Positions 1 through 8,238 of a stretch of 64,000 nucleotides of DNA are shown piece by piece. Each line of letters starts with the position of its first letter. Position 1 is the stretch's first letter. Location of the stretch: positions 1 through 64,000 of the IMG/VR virus record IMGVR_UViG_3300020048_000087; one strand, written 5' to 3'. Under the pieces are notes generated by a model. That model saw nothing but the letters and a program-made list of their open reading frames with translations. It had not been told where the DNA came from and did no database searches. The DNA is from a virus. Lineage: Duplodnaviria; Caudoviricetes. The position numbers were made by a program, and so were the translations under genes.

Positions 1-617
1 CAACTGAAACCCCAACAAATACCCCAACAATAACCCCAACAAATACCATAACGCCAACTGAAACTCCGACTAATACCCCAACCGAAACCCCGACTAATAC
101 TCCAACAGAAACACCAACAAACACTCCAACAAACACACCAACAATAACACCTACCGAAACACCTACAAATACACCAACTAATACAATAACACCTACCGAA
201 ACTCCTACAAATACACCTACTGAAACCCCCACAAATACCCCAACCAACACTATAACGCCTACCGAAACTCCTACGAATACACCTACTGAAACTCCCACAA
301 ATACAATAACGCCTACCGAAACTCCTACGAATACACCCACAAATACTCCAACCAACACTATAACACCAACTGAGACCCCGACTAATACTCCGACAGAAAC
401 ACCGACAAATACACCAACCAACACTATAACCCCAACAAATAGCGTTACACCGACAACGTCAGTGACACCAACATACACACCATCACACACTCCAAGTATG
501 ACACCATCATACACCCCATCACCTACACCGACAACATTATCAGGAAATTTATTATTATTACAAGATGGTGGTTATATCATATTACAAGATGGGTCAGGAT
601 TCATAGAACTACAATAA
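1..617 (+). CDS. 5'-truncated Thr/Pro-rich ([10 protein letters not shown] repeat) mucin-like protein, probably virion-associated
   Basis: Not in the ORF track because it has no start codon in the window. Frame 3 is open from base 3 to TAA at 615-617 and reads ...[22 protein letters not shown]...[33 protein letters not shown]. Confidence 0.85.
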   Translation, partial: TETPTNTPTITPTNTITPTETPTNTPTETPTNTPTETPTNTPTNTPTITPTETPTNTPTNTITPTETPTNTPTETPTNTPTNTITPTETPTNTPTETPTNTITPTETPTNTPTNTPTNTITPTETPTNTPTETPTNTPTNTITPTNSVTPTTSVTPTYTPSHTPSMTPSYTPSPTPTTLSGNLLLLQDGGYIILQDGSGFIELQ

Positions 618-624
618 AAGGCAT

Positions 625-654
625 AAAAAAAGGGATGACTAATCACCCCTTTTT
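625..654. terminator. Bidirectional intrinsic terminator between convergent genes
   Basis: A-tract, then GGGATGA-ctaa-TCACCCC (stem with one mismatch), then T-tract. Confidence 0.65.
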
Positions 655-671
655 ATATTATCTTATTTTTT

Positions 672-1271
672 TTACCAAATCTTTTCTTGAGACATAAAAC
701 CCAAAACGCAACAATAAGCATCTGTTTGGTCAAAATTTTCTTTTTTCAATGTATTATTTTTAGTATATAACCATTGAATTTGTGGTTCTCGTTTAGCAAC
801 GTTTTCCCATACTATCATTTTTTTATCAGCATCTTTTGGTAAACCACCAAATAACACGTGTTTTCCCTTATCATTAAGTTGAACAAGTTCAGGAAATGCG
901 TATTTTCTCGAATTATATGTTGAAATAAATTCAGGAACAATCCCCAACGTATCATATATTACTTTACAAACAAAGCTATTGAATCTCAACAATGTCTGAA
1001 CCGTTCTAATATTATTTGAATTTAATAATGGTTCCTCAATAATAACCTTAGTTATACCCATATCTTGATACTGAACTAATTTACTTTTAAAGATATCACT
1101 TTTAAGTAACAATTCTTTAATTTTATATTCTTCAACAGGTTTGGGTACAGGTGAAATATGGGTTAATTCTAATAATTCTCGACTTTGGATATCAAATAAT
1201 GCCCATCCGATAGTTTTTGTTGAGACATCTAAACCTAAAACTTTAGGACTTTCTTTTAACGTTTTTTTCAT
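672..1271 (-). CDS. ruvC: RuvC-like Holliday junction resolvase
   Basis: RNase H-fold motifs VLGLDVSTKTIGWA, IIEEP and DQTDAY. Start MKKTLK at 1271 is preferred over 1283. Confidence 0.75.
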   Translation of the reverse strand: MKKTLKESPKVLGLDVSTKTIGWALFDIQSRELLELTHISPVPKPVEEYKIKELLLKSDIFKSKLVQYQDMGITKVIIEEPLLNSNNIRTVQTLLRFNSFVCKVIYDTLGIVPEFISTYNSRKYAFPELVQLNDKGKHVLFGGLPKDADKKMIVWENVAKREPQIQWLYTKNNTLKKENFDQTDAYCCVLGFMSQEKIW

Positions 1272-1272
1272 A

Positions 1273-3705
1273 TTAAAAATCAAATTTAATCAAAAATTGC
1301 TGAATTCCCTGTCTTACCACAGGTGATTGTAGCTTAGATACAATCATAAGATTTTTATCTGAATCGTAAAGACCAATTTCAGTAAGATAAGGTTTTGCCG
1401 TTGTATTCCAAGTTGGGTTAGTACTCGTTAGGAATTCACTATTAGATAAATTAACTTTATACCTCATTTCATAGATAGTCGCTTGTATATCAGTCTCTAA
1501 TGACCCATAAAAATAATATTCATCACCAAAGTTGAGTTGTACTGACGTATTATCACCTTGAGTTGTTAATGGAATATAATTATTTAAATAATAAGTCGGA
1601 GCCAAATCATAAAGGTCTTTAGTTATCACAAACGTATGACCTGTCAACGCCGCTTCAGTAATATACCCATTAACAGTACTACCACTTATTTGGTCAGTCA
1701 TATCAATTATTTTCCAATCGTCAGAATTTGGTCGTAAACCTGTGGTCACTTTTTGACAAATAATTTCAACTTTTTCAGCAAAAAATCCTTGTTTAAAAGT
1801 ATCATTATATATGGCTAAACAAGATAAATTACCCCCAAATCTAACCCCAACATTTTCCGAATCAGAAGGATTACATAAATTATCAGGACCCATAATTTGA
1901 CTATAATAATTACAATGTAATGATTCAGTGAAAGCACTTGAGTTACTAAAACGATAAGTAACAAACATAGTCTCATTTGACCCTGTTAAAACCCCTAGAG
2001 TACTACCAATTGTGTTACAAGTGTTTGGTGTTGATAAAAACAATTTAGTTGCCGGTAACGTCCAATTACGATTTGATTTGTACGACATTGCAGCTATTAT
2101 CTCTTCATCATCAATCACTATCATTCTATCATCTGGAAAAACTTTACCGATTCTACTTGGTAAACTTGGTAAACCATTAACAATGGTTGGATTAGTATCC
2201 CATAAATTATAGTAACGTAACCCAGGTGAATTCATATCAAGATTTTTCTTAGATTGCATATAATGAGGTGTAAATAAACCTAAACCATCAAAATTTGGTG
2301 GGTCCACCCAAAATGTTTCACCATAACAACATTCAGGGTTTTTATGCCACATTAACCAAGGGATATGTAATTTAAAGTTTCTTGCTTGTCCTGTCGCATC
2401 ATAAGGTATTGACGGGTCATAAGGTTCTAACGCAAATTTCTCACCATAAAATAAATCAATTGTCTGATTAGTATAATGGATTATTGCGATTGATTTTTGT
2501 TCTTTAGGTTCAACTTTAATCTTTTCATCAAATGAATTATAATAATAAGTATCAGTCGTTTCCGCAGTTAACACATTATTCACATAGAATGTTTGACCAC
2601 TATTTGACATATACCCCAAATATTCTTTAGCCCCTAAATAATTAACTGAACCGAATTGTGTATAGTCTTTATCCGATGAAATCATACCCGCTAGATTCTC
2701 CGACCAAGGAATATTCATATTCCAAATCTTAACGTTAAATTCATCAACACCACAAACAGATTCGAAATTAATTATATCATCAGCATAATGGTCTAACGGC
2801 GTTACACTATCATATAAATTAGTCATCTTTTTTGGATACACAATAACTCGAGCATAACACCCTGTGAACGTAATATTAGAATAATCAGGTGTTGGTCTAT
2901 CTAAAGTCACTACATTATTACAAATATCAACAATTCGATACGTTAAAACAGGATAACAAGAGGTCATTGACATAGTACACTCAGTACTAATTATTTTTGG
3001 TTTAGGTCCAGGACAATAACTCGATGATGGTGTTGGTGTCGGTGATGGTGTTGCACAAGGAGCTCCAGGACTTGGTGTTGAACTTGGCGTTGGCGTGGGT
3101 GTCGAATGTTGACTTGATGTTGGTGTCGGTGTCGGTAAATTAATACACCCACAATTATTACCACCCAAATTATCATAATAAATTGTTATAATATCCCCAA
3201 TTGATGGTTGAGAAAACTGAATTGGGTTACAAGTTAAATCAACTAAACGAATTGTTGTACCTCCTGTAATACTTGACATATTAACAACGTAATTAGAATT
3301 AACCACATAATCATTTCCCGTCAACGCACTCCAACTAGTTGGTAAAACATTTGTATCCCCACTAAAAAACCCTCTAATTGCTGCAGTATTATAGATAGGA
3401 CTAACAACCGAATCCATAAAAGGAATACCATAAGTGTTACCACCTGTACCATCAACATAAAATGGATATTTAACATTTTGTTTATTAGACTCAGGAGTAC
3501 CACTTGAATTTTGAGCATTAAACCCCGGTTCTAATATCATTGTATTAGTCTGAACATATGTTGTCGGTAATGTATTATATAAAACCTCACTATCTCCAAC
3601 TTGGAAATAACTAATATTAAACTTACCCTGTGATAATTTTTGTCTTGCGGCATCAGTAAACCTCGTATTCACTAACCCTGATGTATTTTTTAAAATAAAC
3701 CCCAT
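1273..3705 (-). CDS. Virion structural protein (baseplate/tail-collar-like) with internal Pro/Thr/Ser linker
   Basis: C-terminal YLTEIGLYDSDKNLMIVSKL resembles tail-collar/baseplate motifs. Contains a TPTPTSS...TPSPTPTP tract and lies in the structural operon. Confidence 0.55.
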   Translation of the reverse strand: MGFILKNTSGLVNTRFTDAARQKLSQGKFNISYFQVGDSEVLYNTLPTTYVQTNTMILEPGFNAQNSSGTPESNKQNVKYPFYVDGTGGNTYGIPFMDSVVSPIYNTAAIRGFFSGDTNVLPTSWSALTGNDYVVNSNYVVNMSSITGGTTIRLVDLTCNPIQFSQPSIGDIITIYYDNLGGNNCGCINLPTPTPTSSQHSTPTPTPSSTPSPGAPCATPSPTPTPSSSYCPGPKPKIISTECTMSMTSCYPVLTYRIVDICNNVVTLDRPTPDYSNITFTGCYARVIVYPKKMTNLYDSVTPLDHYADDIINFESVCGVDEFNVKIWNMNIPWSENLAGMISSDKDYTQFGSVNYLGAKEYLGYMSNSGQTFYVNNVLTAETTDTYYYNSFDEKIKVEPKEQKSIAIIHYTNQTIDLFYGEKFALEPYDPSIPYDATGQARNFKLHIPWLMWHKNPECCYGETFWVDPPNFDGLGLFTPHYMQSKKNLDMNSPGLRYYNLWDTNPTIVNGLPSLPSRIGKVFPDDRMIVIDDEEIIAAMSYKSNRNWTLPATKLFLSTPNTCNTIGSTLGVLTGSNETMFVTYRFSNSSAFTESLHCNYYSQIMGPDNLCNPSDSENVGVRFGGNLSCLAIYNDTFKQGFFAEKVEIICQKVTTGLRPNSDDWKIIDMTDQISGSTVNGYITEAALTGHTFVITKDLYDLAPTYYLNNYIPLTTQGDNTSVQLNFGDEYYFYGSLETDIQATIYEMRYKVNLSNSEFLTSTNPTWNTTAKPYLTEIGLYDSDKNLMIVSKLQSPVVRQGIQQFLIKFDF

Positions 3706-3733
3706 TTTATATTATTTTTTTCTTTTTTTTATT

Positions 3734-4861
3734 TTAAGACCTATTATAGAAATAGTTCCAATAATCTGTTTCTGTTACCGTACAACAATTACAACCACTT
3801 AAAGTTTGGTTTGACATCTGACCTGAAGGTGGTCTACTAAAATACCCCTTACAACAATTTGTTGTACTTGTACCCGGATAACCAATACTTAATGGACCCA
3901 ATTCACTATTCGATAACTCGTATAAAGATTTAGTACAATCTAACACATAATCACTTATCGCCTCAATCGTATAGTTATCACCCGTTTTAAACTTTATCGA
4001 AGGATATTTGTTAGAATAATTTGTAGTATATTGTAGAGACCCTTGACAACCAGCAGTTGCGTTAACAACGTATTGAAATTCGTTAATAGAAATAGTCGGT
4101 ATTATAGTTAAAGTATTTTTAACGACATTTGTCGTAAATGTCGAAGTTGCTGAAGTTTTATTAGGTGTTCTTAGAAATTCCGCATCAAGAGTCAAATCAA
4201 ACGTCACCTCAACACCCGGAGGTAATGTTGGTATTACCTCAATAGCGTAGACATATTTAATTGAGGTACTAGTTAAATTAGTTGTTGAAATCACTTTTAG
4301 ATTAGTGGTATAATTAATTTTCGGTGTCGCAGCAGGTAGCACAATAGTATTAGTTACTATAGTCCCTGCGGAATCTTTTGTTTTAACGGTAAAAATATTA
4401 TCACCACATAAATCGGTTTTAATCGGACCACCACCATACGTAATACCATTATCAAACGAATATTGATATGGTGGAACACCACCCGTTGCGGTAATATTAA
4501 TTGACCCATTACAAACACAATCAGGACTATTGTAATCAGTCTTAGCAACTAAAACATCAATTGGTGGACATTCACCTTGAGTCGCCACCGAACTATAATT
4601 AGCCCCTAAAACGGTCCAATTACCATTAATTGGCGGATAACTATTGTTAGTATTAATCACTTGAACGGTAGTAAAACTACTTCCCGATAATTTCCAAGCG
4701 TTTAGAGTTGTATCCCAAATAATTTTAGTAGTACCATCATCCGATAACCAAGAATTTTTACTATTAAAGAACCCATCAGGGTTAAAATGAAGATTAAAAG
4801 GTTTTGAGAATAAACCTGAACTTGTTACTCCCCAACTAAAAATTGGTTGATTATTTTCCAT
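3734..4861 (-). CDS. SprB-like repeat, Cys-rich putative tail fibre/adhesin protein
   Basis: NGSINITATGGVPPYQYSFDNG matches the SprB repeat pattern; Cys clusters near the C-terminus. Confidence 0.55.
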   Translation of the reverse strand: MENNQPIFSWGVTSSGLFSKPFNLHFNPDGFFNSKNSWLSDDGTTKIIWDTTLNAWKLSGSSFTTVQVINTNNSYPPINGNWTVLGANYSSVATQGECPPIDVLVAKTDYNSPDCVCNGSINITATGGVPPYQYSFDNGITYGGGPIKTDLCGDNIFTVKTKDSAGTIVTNTIVLPAATPKINYTTNLKVISTTNLTSTSIKYVYAIEVIPTLPPGVEVTFDLTLDAEFLRTPNKTSATSTFTTNVVKNTLTIIPTISINEFQYVVNATAGCQGSLQYTTNYSNKYPSIKFKTGDNYTIEAISDYVLDCTKSLYELSNSELGPLSIGYPGTSTTNCCKGYFSRPPSGQMSNQTLSGCNCCTVTETDYWNYFYNRS

Positions 4862-4869
4862 ATTTTATA

Positions 4870-5256
4870 TTATTGTTCTCGAATTTGATAACCACCATTG
4901 TTGGTTATAGGTTTAAACGTTAGACAGAAATCATAAAGAGGTAACGTTGTCGTTGTAGTTGTTGTAGTTGTCGTAGTTGTTGTTGGTTGTCCCAAATTAC
5001 AAGTACTTTGAATTGTATAATCACCATATGAATCAGTAACCGTCGCAACATAAGAACCTGAACTTAAATTGTTTATTGATTGACTAATACTACCATTATT
5101 CCAAGTAATTTTATAAGGTGGTGAACCACCTGAGATTATTAAACTTGCAACCCCATCGGAACCCCCATAACTCGACGGATTTGTAGAATTACAAGTCACA
5201 GACATCGGGAAAATTGTTATTACCCCACATTCATTTCTTTCTGTTGGTGTTGCCAT
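4870..5256 (-). CDS. Small SprB-repeat protein with poly-Thr linker
   Basis: DGVASLIISGGSPPYKITWNNG...NLSSGSYVATVTDS SprB repeat, followed by PTTTTTTTTTTTT. Confidence 0.65.
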   Translation of the reverse strand: MATPTERNECGVITIFPMSVTCNSTNPSSYGGSDGVASLIISGGSPPYKITWNNGSISQSINNLSSGSYVATVTDSYGDYTIQSTCNLGQPTTTTTTTTTTTTTLPLYDFCLTFKPITNNGGYQIREQ

Positions 5257-5268
5257 ATAATGTTTTTA

Positions 5269-6258
5269 CTATAAATAACCTTTAGTCTCGTTTTTTAACA
5301 TAGATTTCATAACTTCAATGTATTTTTTTGTTGAGCTATTCTCATCTATGTAATCAAAAAATCCATCATCAATCTTTAATAAGTCCAAAGGATTTAAACT
5401 TATATAATCACCTTTATAAAATTTACTATCTCTTAATTCACCTGTTACACCAGCCATATGAAGTATCACTTTTTTATTATATTGGTCTATAGTATCTGTA
5501 GCCCAAGAAAAACTAAGAGAATCAGTTACTTTAGTTTCTTTCTTTAAGAACCATAAATTCCATAAAACCGCCCACATATCTGAAGTCCATATTTGTAAAC
5601 CATTCTGTATCGGATATGCCTTATGAAACATAATTAACATTTGATAAAGATTTTCACTATCTTTATAAACTTTATCCCAAAATGTATAATCAGTATTTTT
5701 AATCAAATACTGAGCACCACCTGAATTCTTTTGATTTTTTTCAATTGTTTCAATATCAACACCAACAATGCCACACATCGAAGTCAATAGTTTATCTTTT
5801 GGTAATATCTGATGTTCAACATCATACCTATCACTAGACTCTTTAAGGTAGTTATAACCAATGTATGAGGTCGTATCAGATAAATAACATACATCGTTAT
5901 CAATCATAGAATTAAAGTCAGGTAACTCTCTAAAAATGATATCAGAATCGTGGTAAAAATAACACTTACCAAATTGGGGATTTTCTTTTAACCATTTAGA
6001 TAATATTAATGGTCGTAAACTTGGAATATATTCTTTATTTTTCCTATCATCAAGATAATGGTATACATTAACCCCATAAGACTCCAATTCCAACGATTTT
6101 ATTGAAGGTTTATCTCCATCAACAATAACAAACAAAACGTGTATTTGATTTGGGCTAACACCTTTATCAATAAAATTATGAACATATATTTTTGTTTGCC
6201 AATGAAAATAAGGAACATCGGGTTGTGCGGATACAAATACTAAATCATTAAAATTCAT
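5269..6258 (-). CDS. GT-A glycosyltransferase resembling plant HPAT/SERGT protein O-glycosyltransferases (GT95/GT96)
   Basis: DxD motif (YHDSDIIF) preceded by LRPLILSKWL and followed by GGAQYLI and WTSDMWAVLW. These parallel the HPAT motifs NRPWAFVQWL, EPDHI, GNSPVI and WVLEMYAY as recalled from the family. Confidence 0.6.
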   Translation of the reverse strand: MNFNDLVFVSAQPDVPYFHWQTKIYVHNFIDKGVSPNQIHVLFVIVDGDKPSIKSLELESYGVNVYHYLDDRKNKEYIPSLRPLILSKWLKENPQFGKCYFYHDSDIIFRELPDFNSMIDNDVCYLSDTTSYIGYNYLKESSDRYDVEHQILPKDKLLTSMCGIVGVDIETIEKNQKNSGGAQYLIKNTDYTFWDKVYKDSENLYQMLIMFHKAYPIQNGLQIWTSDMWAVLWNLWFLKKETKVTDSLSFSWATDTIDQYNKKVILHMAGVTGELRDSKFYKGDYISLNPLDLLKIDDGFFDYIDENSSTKKYIEVMKSMLKNETKGYL

Positions 6259-6330
6259 CTTCTTTTTAATTAAAAATATTAAAGAAGTTAATTTTATAAA
6301 TGATTATATTTACTTAAATCATCAAAATGA

Positions 6331-8223
6331 TTAAATACCCGCACCCGTCCAAGAGGCCGGGTTAATCGGTAATGTTATACAATCAGCCGGTTGTGCCGAA
6401 CTATTAGCAGGATTAGTAGGTATTTGAGTCGTACTACCAACTAAAGTTAATTTTGTCGTATTTGTTGGGTTAATTCGATAAACATTATTTTCACCACCTG
6501 TTTTATTATCAATCGCATAAACTCCACCACCTTCAACGAATAATGCCGCAAAATAATTTGCTGACCCTAAAAGTGTATCGAAGTCAACAGTACCCGTAGA
6601 ATAATCAACTTGAGTTAAATAAAAATTACTACTTGTTGTATAGTTTAGATAGATAACTTTATCATTAGTTGTGTAAAGAGCGTTACCCTGTACTTTTCTA
6701 TTTGATGGTGTAGCCCATAAATCGGTTTGACCTGCGGGGTTTGTTGTAATATCTATAGAAATAAAATTAGAAGGGTAACTACCATAGAAACCAATTAATT
6801 CAGTATTACTTTTAGCGAAGGACCCATCAAAAGCGTTACCCGCACCATTTTTAGAAATTGAGAAAGTTCTTGATAATGTAACACTATATGGGTTTTCCAC
6901 TAAATTATATTCATTAACATATACGGTTGACACAGAACTTTGATATTCTAACCATAGTTTATTATGACTTCTACCCATTATACGATTGAAAATTAAAGAT
7001 GGTGTTAATATTGACTTAGTAGTGTTAGTACTAACTTTATATGTGAATAATTCATAAGTACCAGCCCCTTTGTTAAATAAAAACATAGGGTCACAAGCCG
7101 CTAAACCAACAAATGGTGTTATCGGTGAACTAGATGTTGGCGTCATTGTCATTGTTGGTGTTGGTGTTGGTGACGAACTAATCGGCCCACTAGATGTTGG
7201 TGTCATCGTCATTGTTGGTGTTGGTGTTGGTGTTGGTGTTGGTGTTATGGATGGTATATTAACACAAACAAAAGGTATTATAGATGGAGACCCACCATAA
7301 GTTACTTTAATATTATCATATGTATTTGTCCCTATACCTATAACTGTTAAAACACCTACCGAAAAATCAAGTGGTTGTGTTGTTATTGTAAAATAACCAA
7401 GTGGTAAACCACCAACGGTGAAAGCATTTAAATCTGTTTCTAATTGAGGGTATAATGACGATTTCCATAAATCCCCAAATGGGTATTCAATACCATTTAT
7501 TGTAATAGAAAAAGTACTAGGACCATAATCAGCAAAGTCGGTGGAAACGGTGCAAGAGTATGTTCCTATATTAGTAGGTGTTGGTGTTGGTGTTGGTGAC
7601 GAACTAATCGGTGAACTAGATGTTGGCGTTGGCGTTATCGCGGGTGAACTAGATGTGGGTGTCATCGTCATTGTTGGTGTTGGTGTTGGTGTTAACCCTA
7701 TTGGGTAAAATTCGGTAAATGTGGTTTCTTCAAATGTTTCACCCATAATTAACACCATAATATTCTTAATGTCACACATAAATTTAACCATAGAATCCTG
7801 ATAAGCAATAACATTTGACATATTAAAACTACCATCACCATAATCAACAACATAGTCAAAATCAATATCATCACCCCCACCTATAGTTGGGAGTCTCATT
7901 GATTGATATTCTAAACCCGTTTTTTTATCAATACCGTCACAAAACAACATATTCCAAAATATGTCAAATTTTGTGTAAAAATCAATGAAAGTCCCTTGCC
8001 AAAAATCAGTATATATTTTTTCCTGTATTATTGAGTCACAAGTCCCATCAACATCACAAGTTGTCACACTCTTAATATATTGGTTTAAAGCTTTAACATA
8101 CGCGTTACGTGTCTCTCTAGCCGTTGACGCCATATCCTCAAAATTGACACAATTAGCCTCAATAGTATCAACACCAATCATATTACTCCCTAAGTAATCA
8201 CATATATCGAAAAAAAATGCCAT
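6331..8223 (-). CDS. Putative fibre/receptor-binding protein with two mucin-like Thr-Pro/Ser-Pro linkers
   Basis: Two (TP)n/TPTSSSP tracts separate globular domains; the C-terminal region is beta-rich; lies in the structural operon. Confidence 0.55.
   Translation of the reverse strand: MAFFFDICDYLGSNMIGVDTIEANCVNFEDMASTARETRNAYVKALNQYIKSVTTCDVDGTCDSIIQEKIYTDFWQGTFIDFYTKFDIFWNMLFCDGIDKKTGLEYQSMRLPTIGGGDDIDFDYVVDYGDGSFNMSNVIAYQDSMVKFMCDIKNIMVLIMGETFEETTFTEFYPIGLTPTPTPTMTMTPTSSSPAITPTPTSSSPISSSPTPTPTPTNIGTYSCTVSTDFADYGPSTFSITINGIEYPFGDLWKSSLYPQLETDLNAFTVGGLPLGYFTITTQPLDFSVGVLTVIGIGTNTYDNIKVTYGGSPSIIPFVCVNIPSITPTPTPTPTPTMTMTPTSSGPISSSPTPTPTMTMTPTSSSPITPFVGLAACDPMFLFNKGAGTYELFTYKVSTNTTKSILTPSLIFNRIMGRSHNKLWLEYQSSVSTVYVNEYNLVENPYSVTLSRTFSISKNGAGNAFDGSFAKSNTELIGFYGSYPSNFISIDITTNPAGQTDLWATPSNRKVQGNALYTTNDKVIYLNYTTSSNFYLTQVDYSTGTVDFDTLLGSANYFAALFVEGGGVYAIDNKTGGENNVYRINPTNTTKLTLVGSTTQIPTNPANSSAQPADCITLPINPASWTGAGI
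7123..7246. repeat. Tandem GGTGTT-based repeat with duplicated GAACTAGATGTTGG modules (linker 2)
   Basis: Arrays of ggtgtt hexamers and recurring actagatgttgg / gacgaactaatcgg modules; near-copy at 7577-7692. Confidence 0.8.
7577..7692. repeat. Second copy of the Thr-Pro/Ser-Pro linker repeat (linker 1)
   Basis: Shares ggtgacgaactaatcgg, gaactagatgt and gtcatcgtcattgttggtgttggtgttgg modules with 7123-7246. Confidence 0.8.
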
Positions 8224-8238
8224 AATTTTTTATTTTAA

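Noticed and set aside
1-540. CRISPR-like or DGR-like repeat array
   Set aside because: The repeats are in-frame, codon-degenerate Thr/Pro coding units with no unique spacers. No reverse transcriptase or adenine-specific TR/VR pair was seen in the window.
4855-4880. Possible frameshift joining 4870-5256 to 3734-4861 into one SprB protein
   Set aside because: The downstream frame has its own TAA two codons before the ATG and lies beyond the upstream stop, so a simple slip cannot join them. Treated as two genes.
5260-5275. Stop-codon recoding (TAG readthrough / alternative genetic code)
   Set aside because: The TAG is followed immediately by TAA. Long genes end cleanly with all three stop codons, and no gene appears fragmented under code 11.
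6256-6288. Hairpin CTTCTTT/AAAGAAG just upstream of the GT95-like start codon
   Set aside because: A weak AU-rich stem with a bulge, too likely by chance at this AT content.
7070-7300. Plus-strand ORF with VGVGVG repeats
   Set aside because: Antisense reading of the Thr-Pro repeat.
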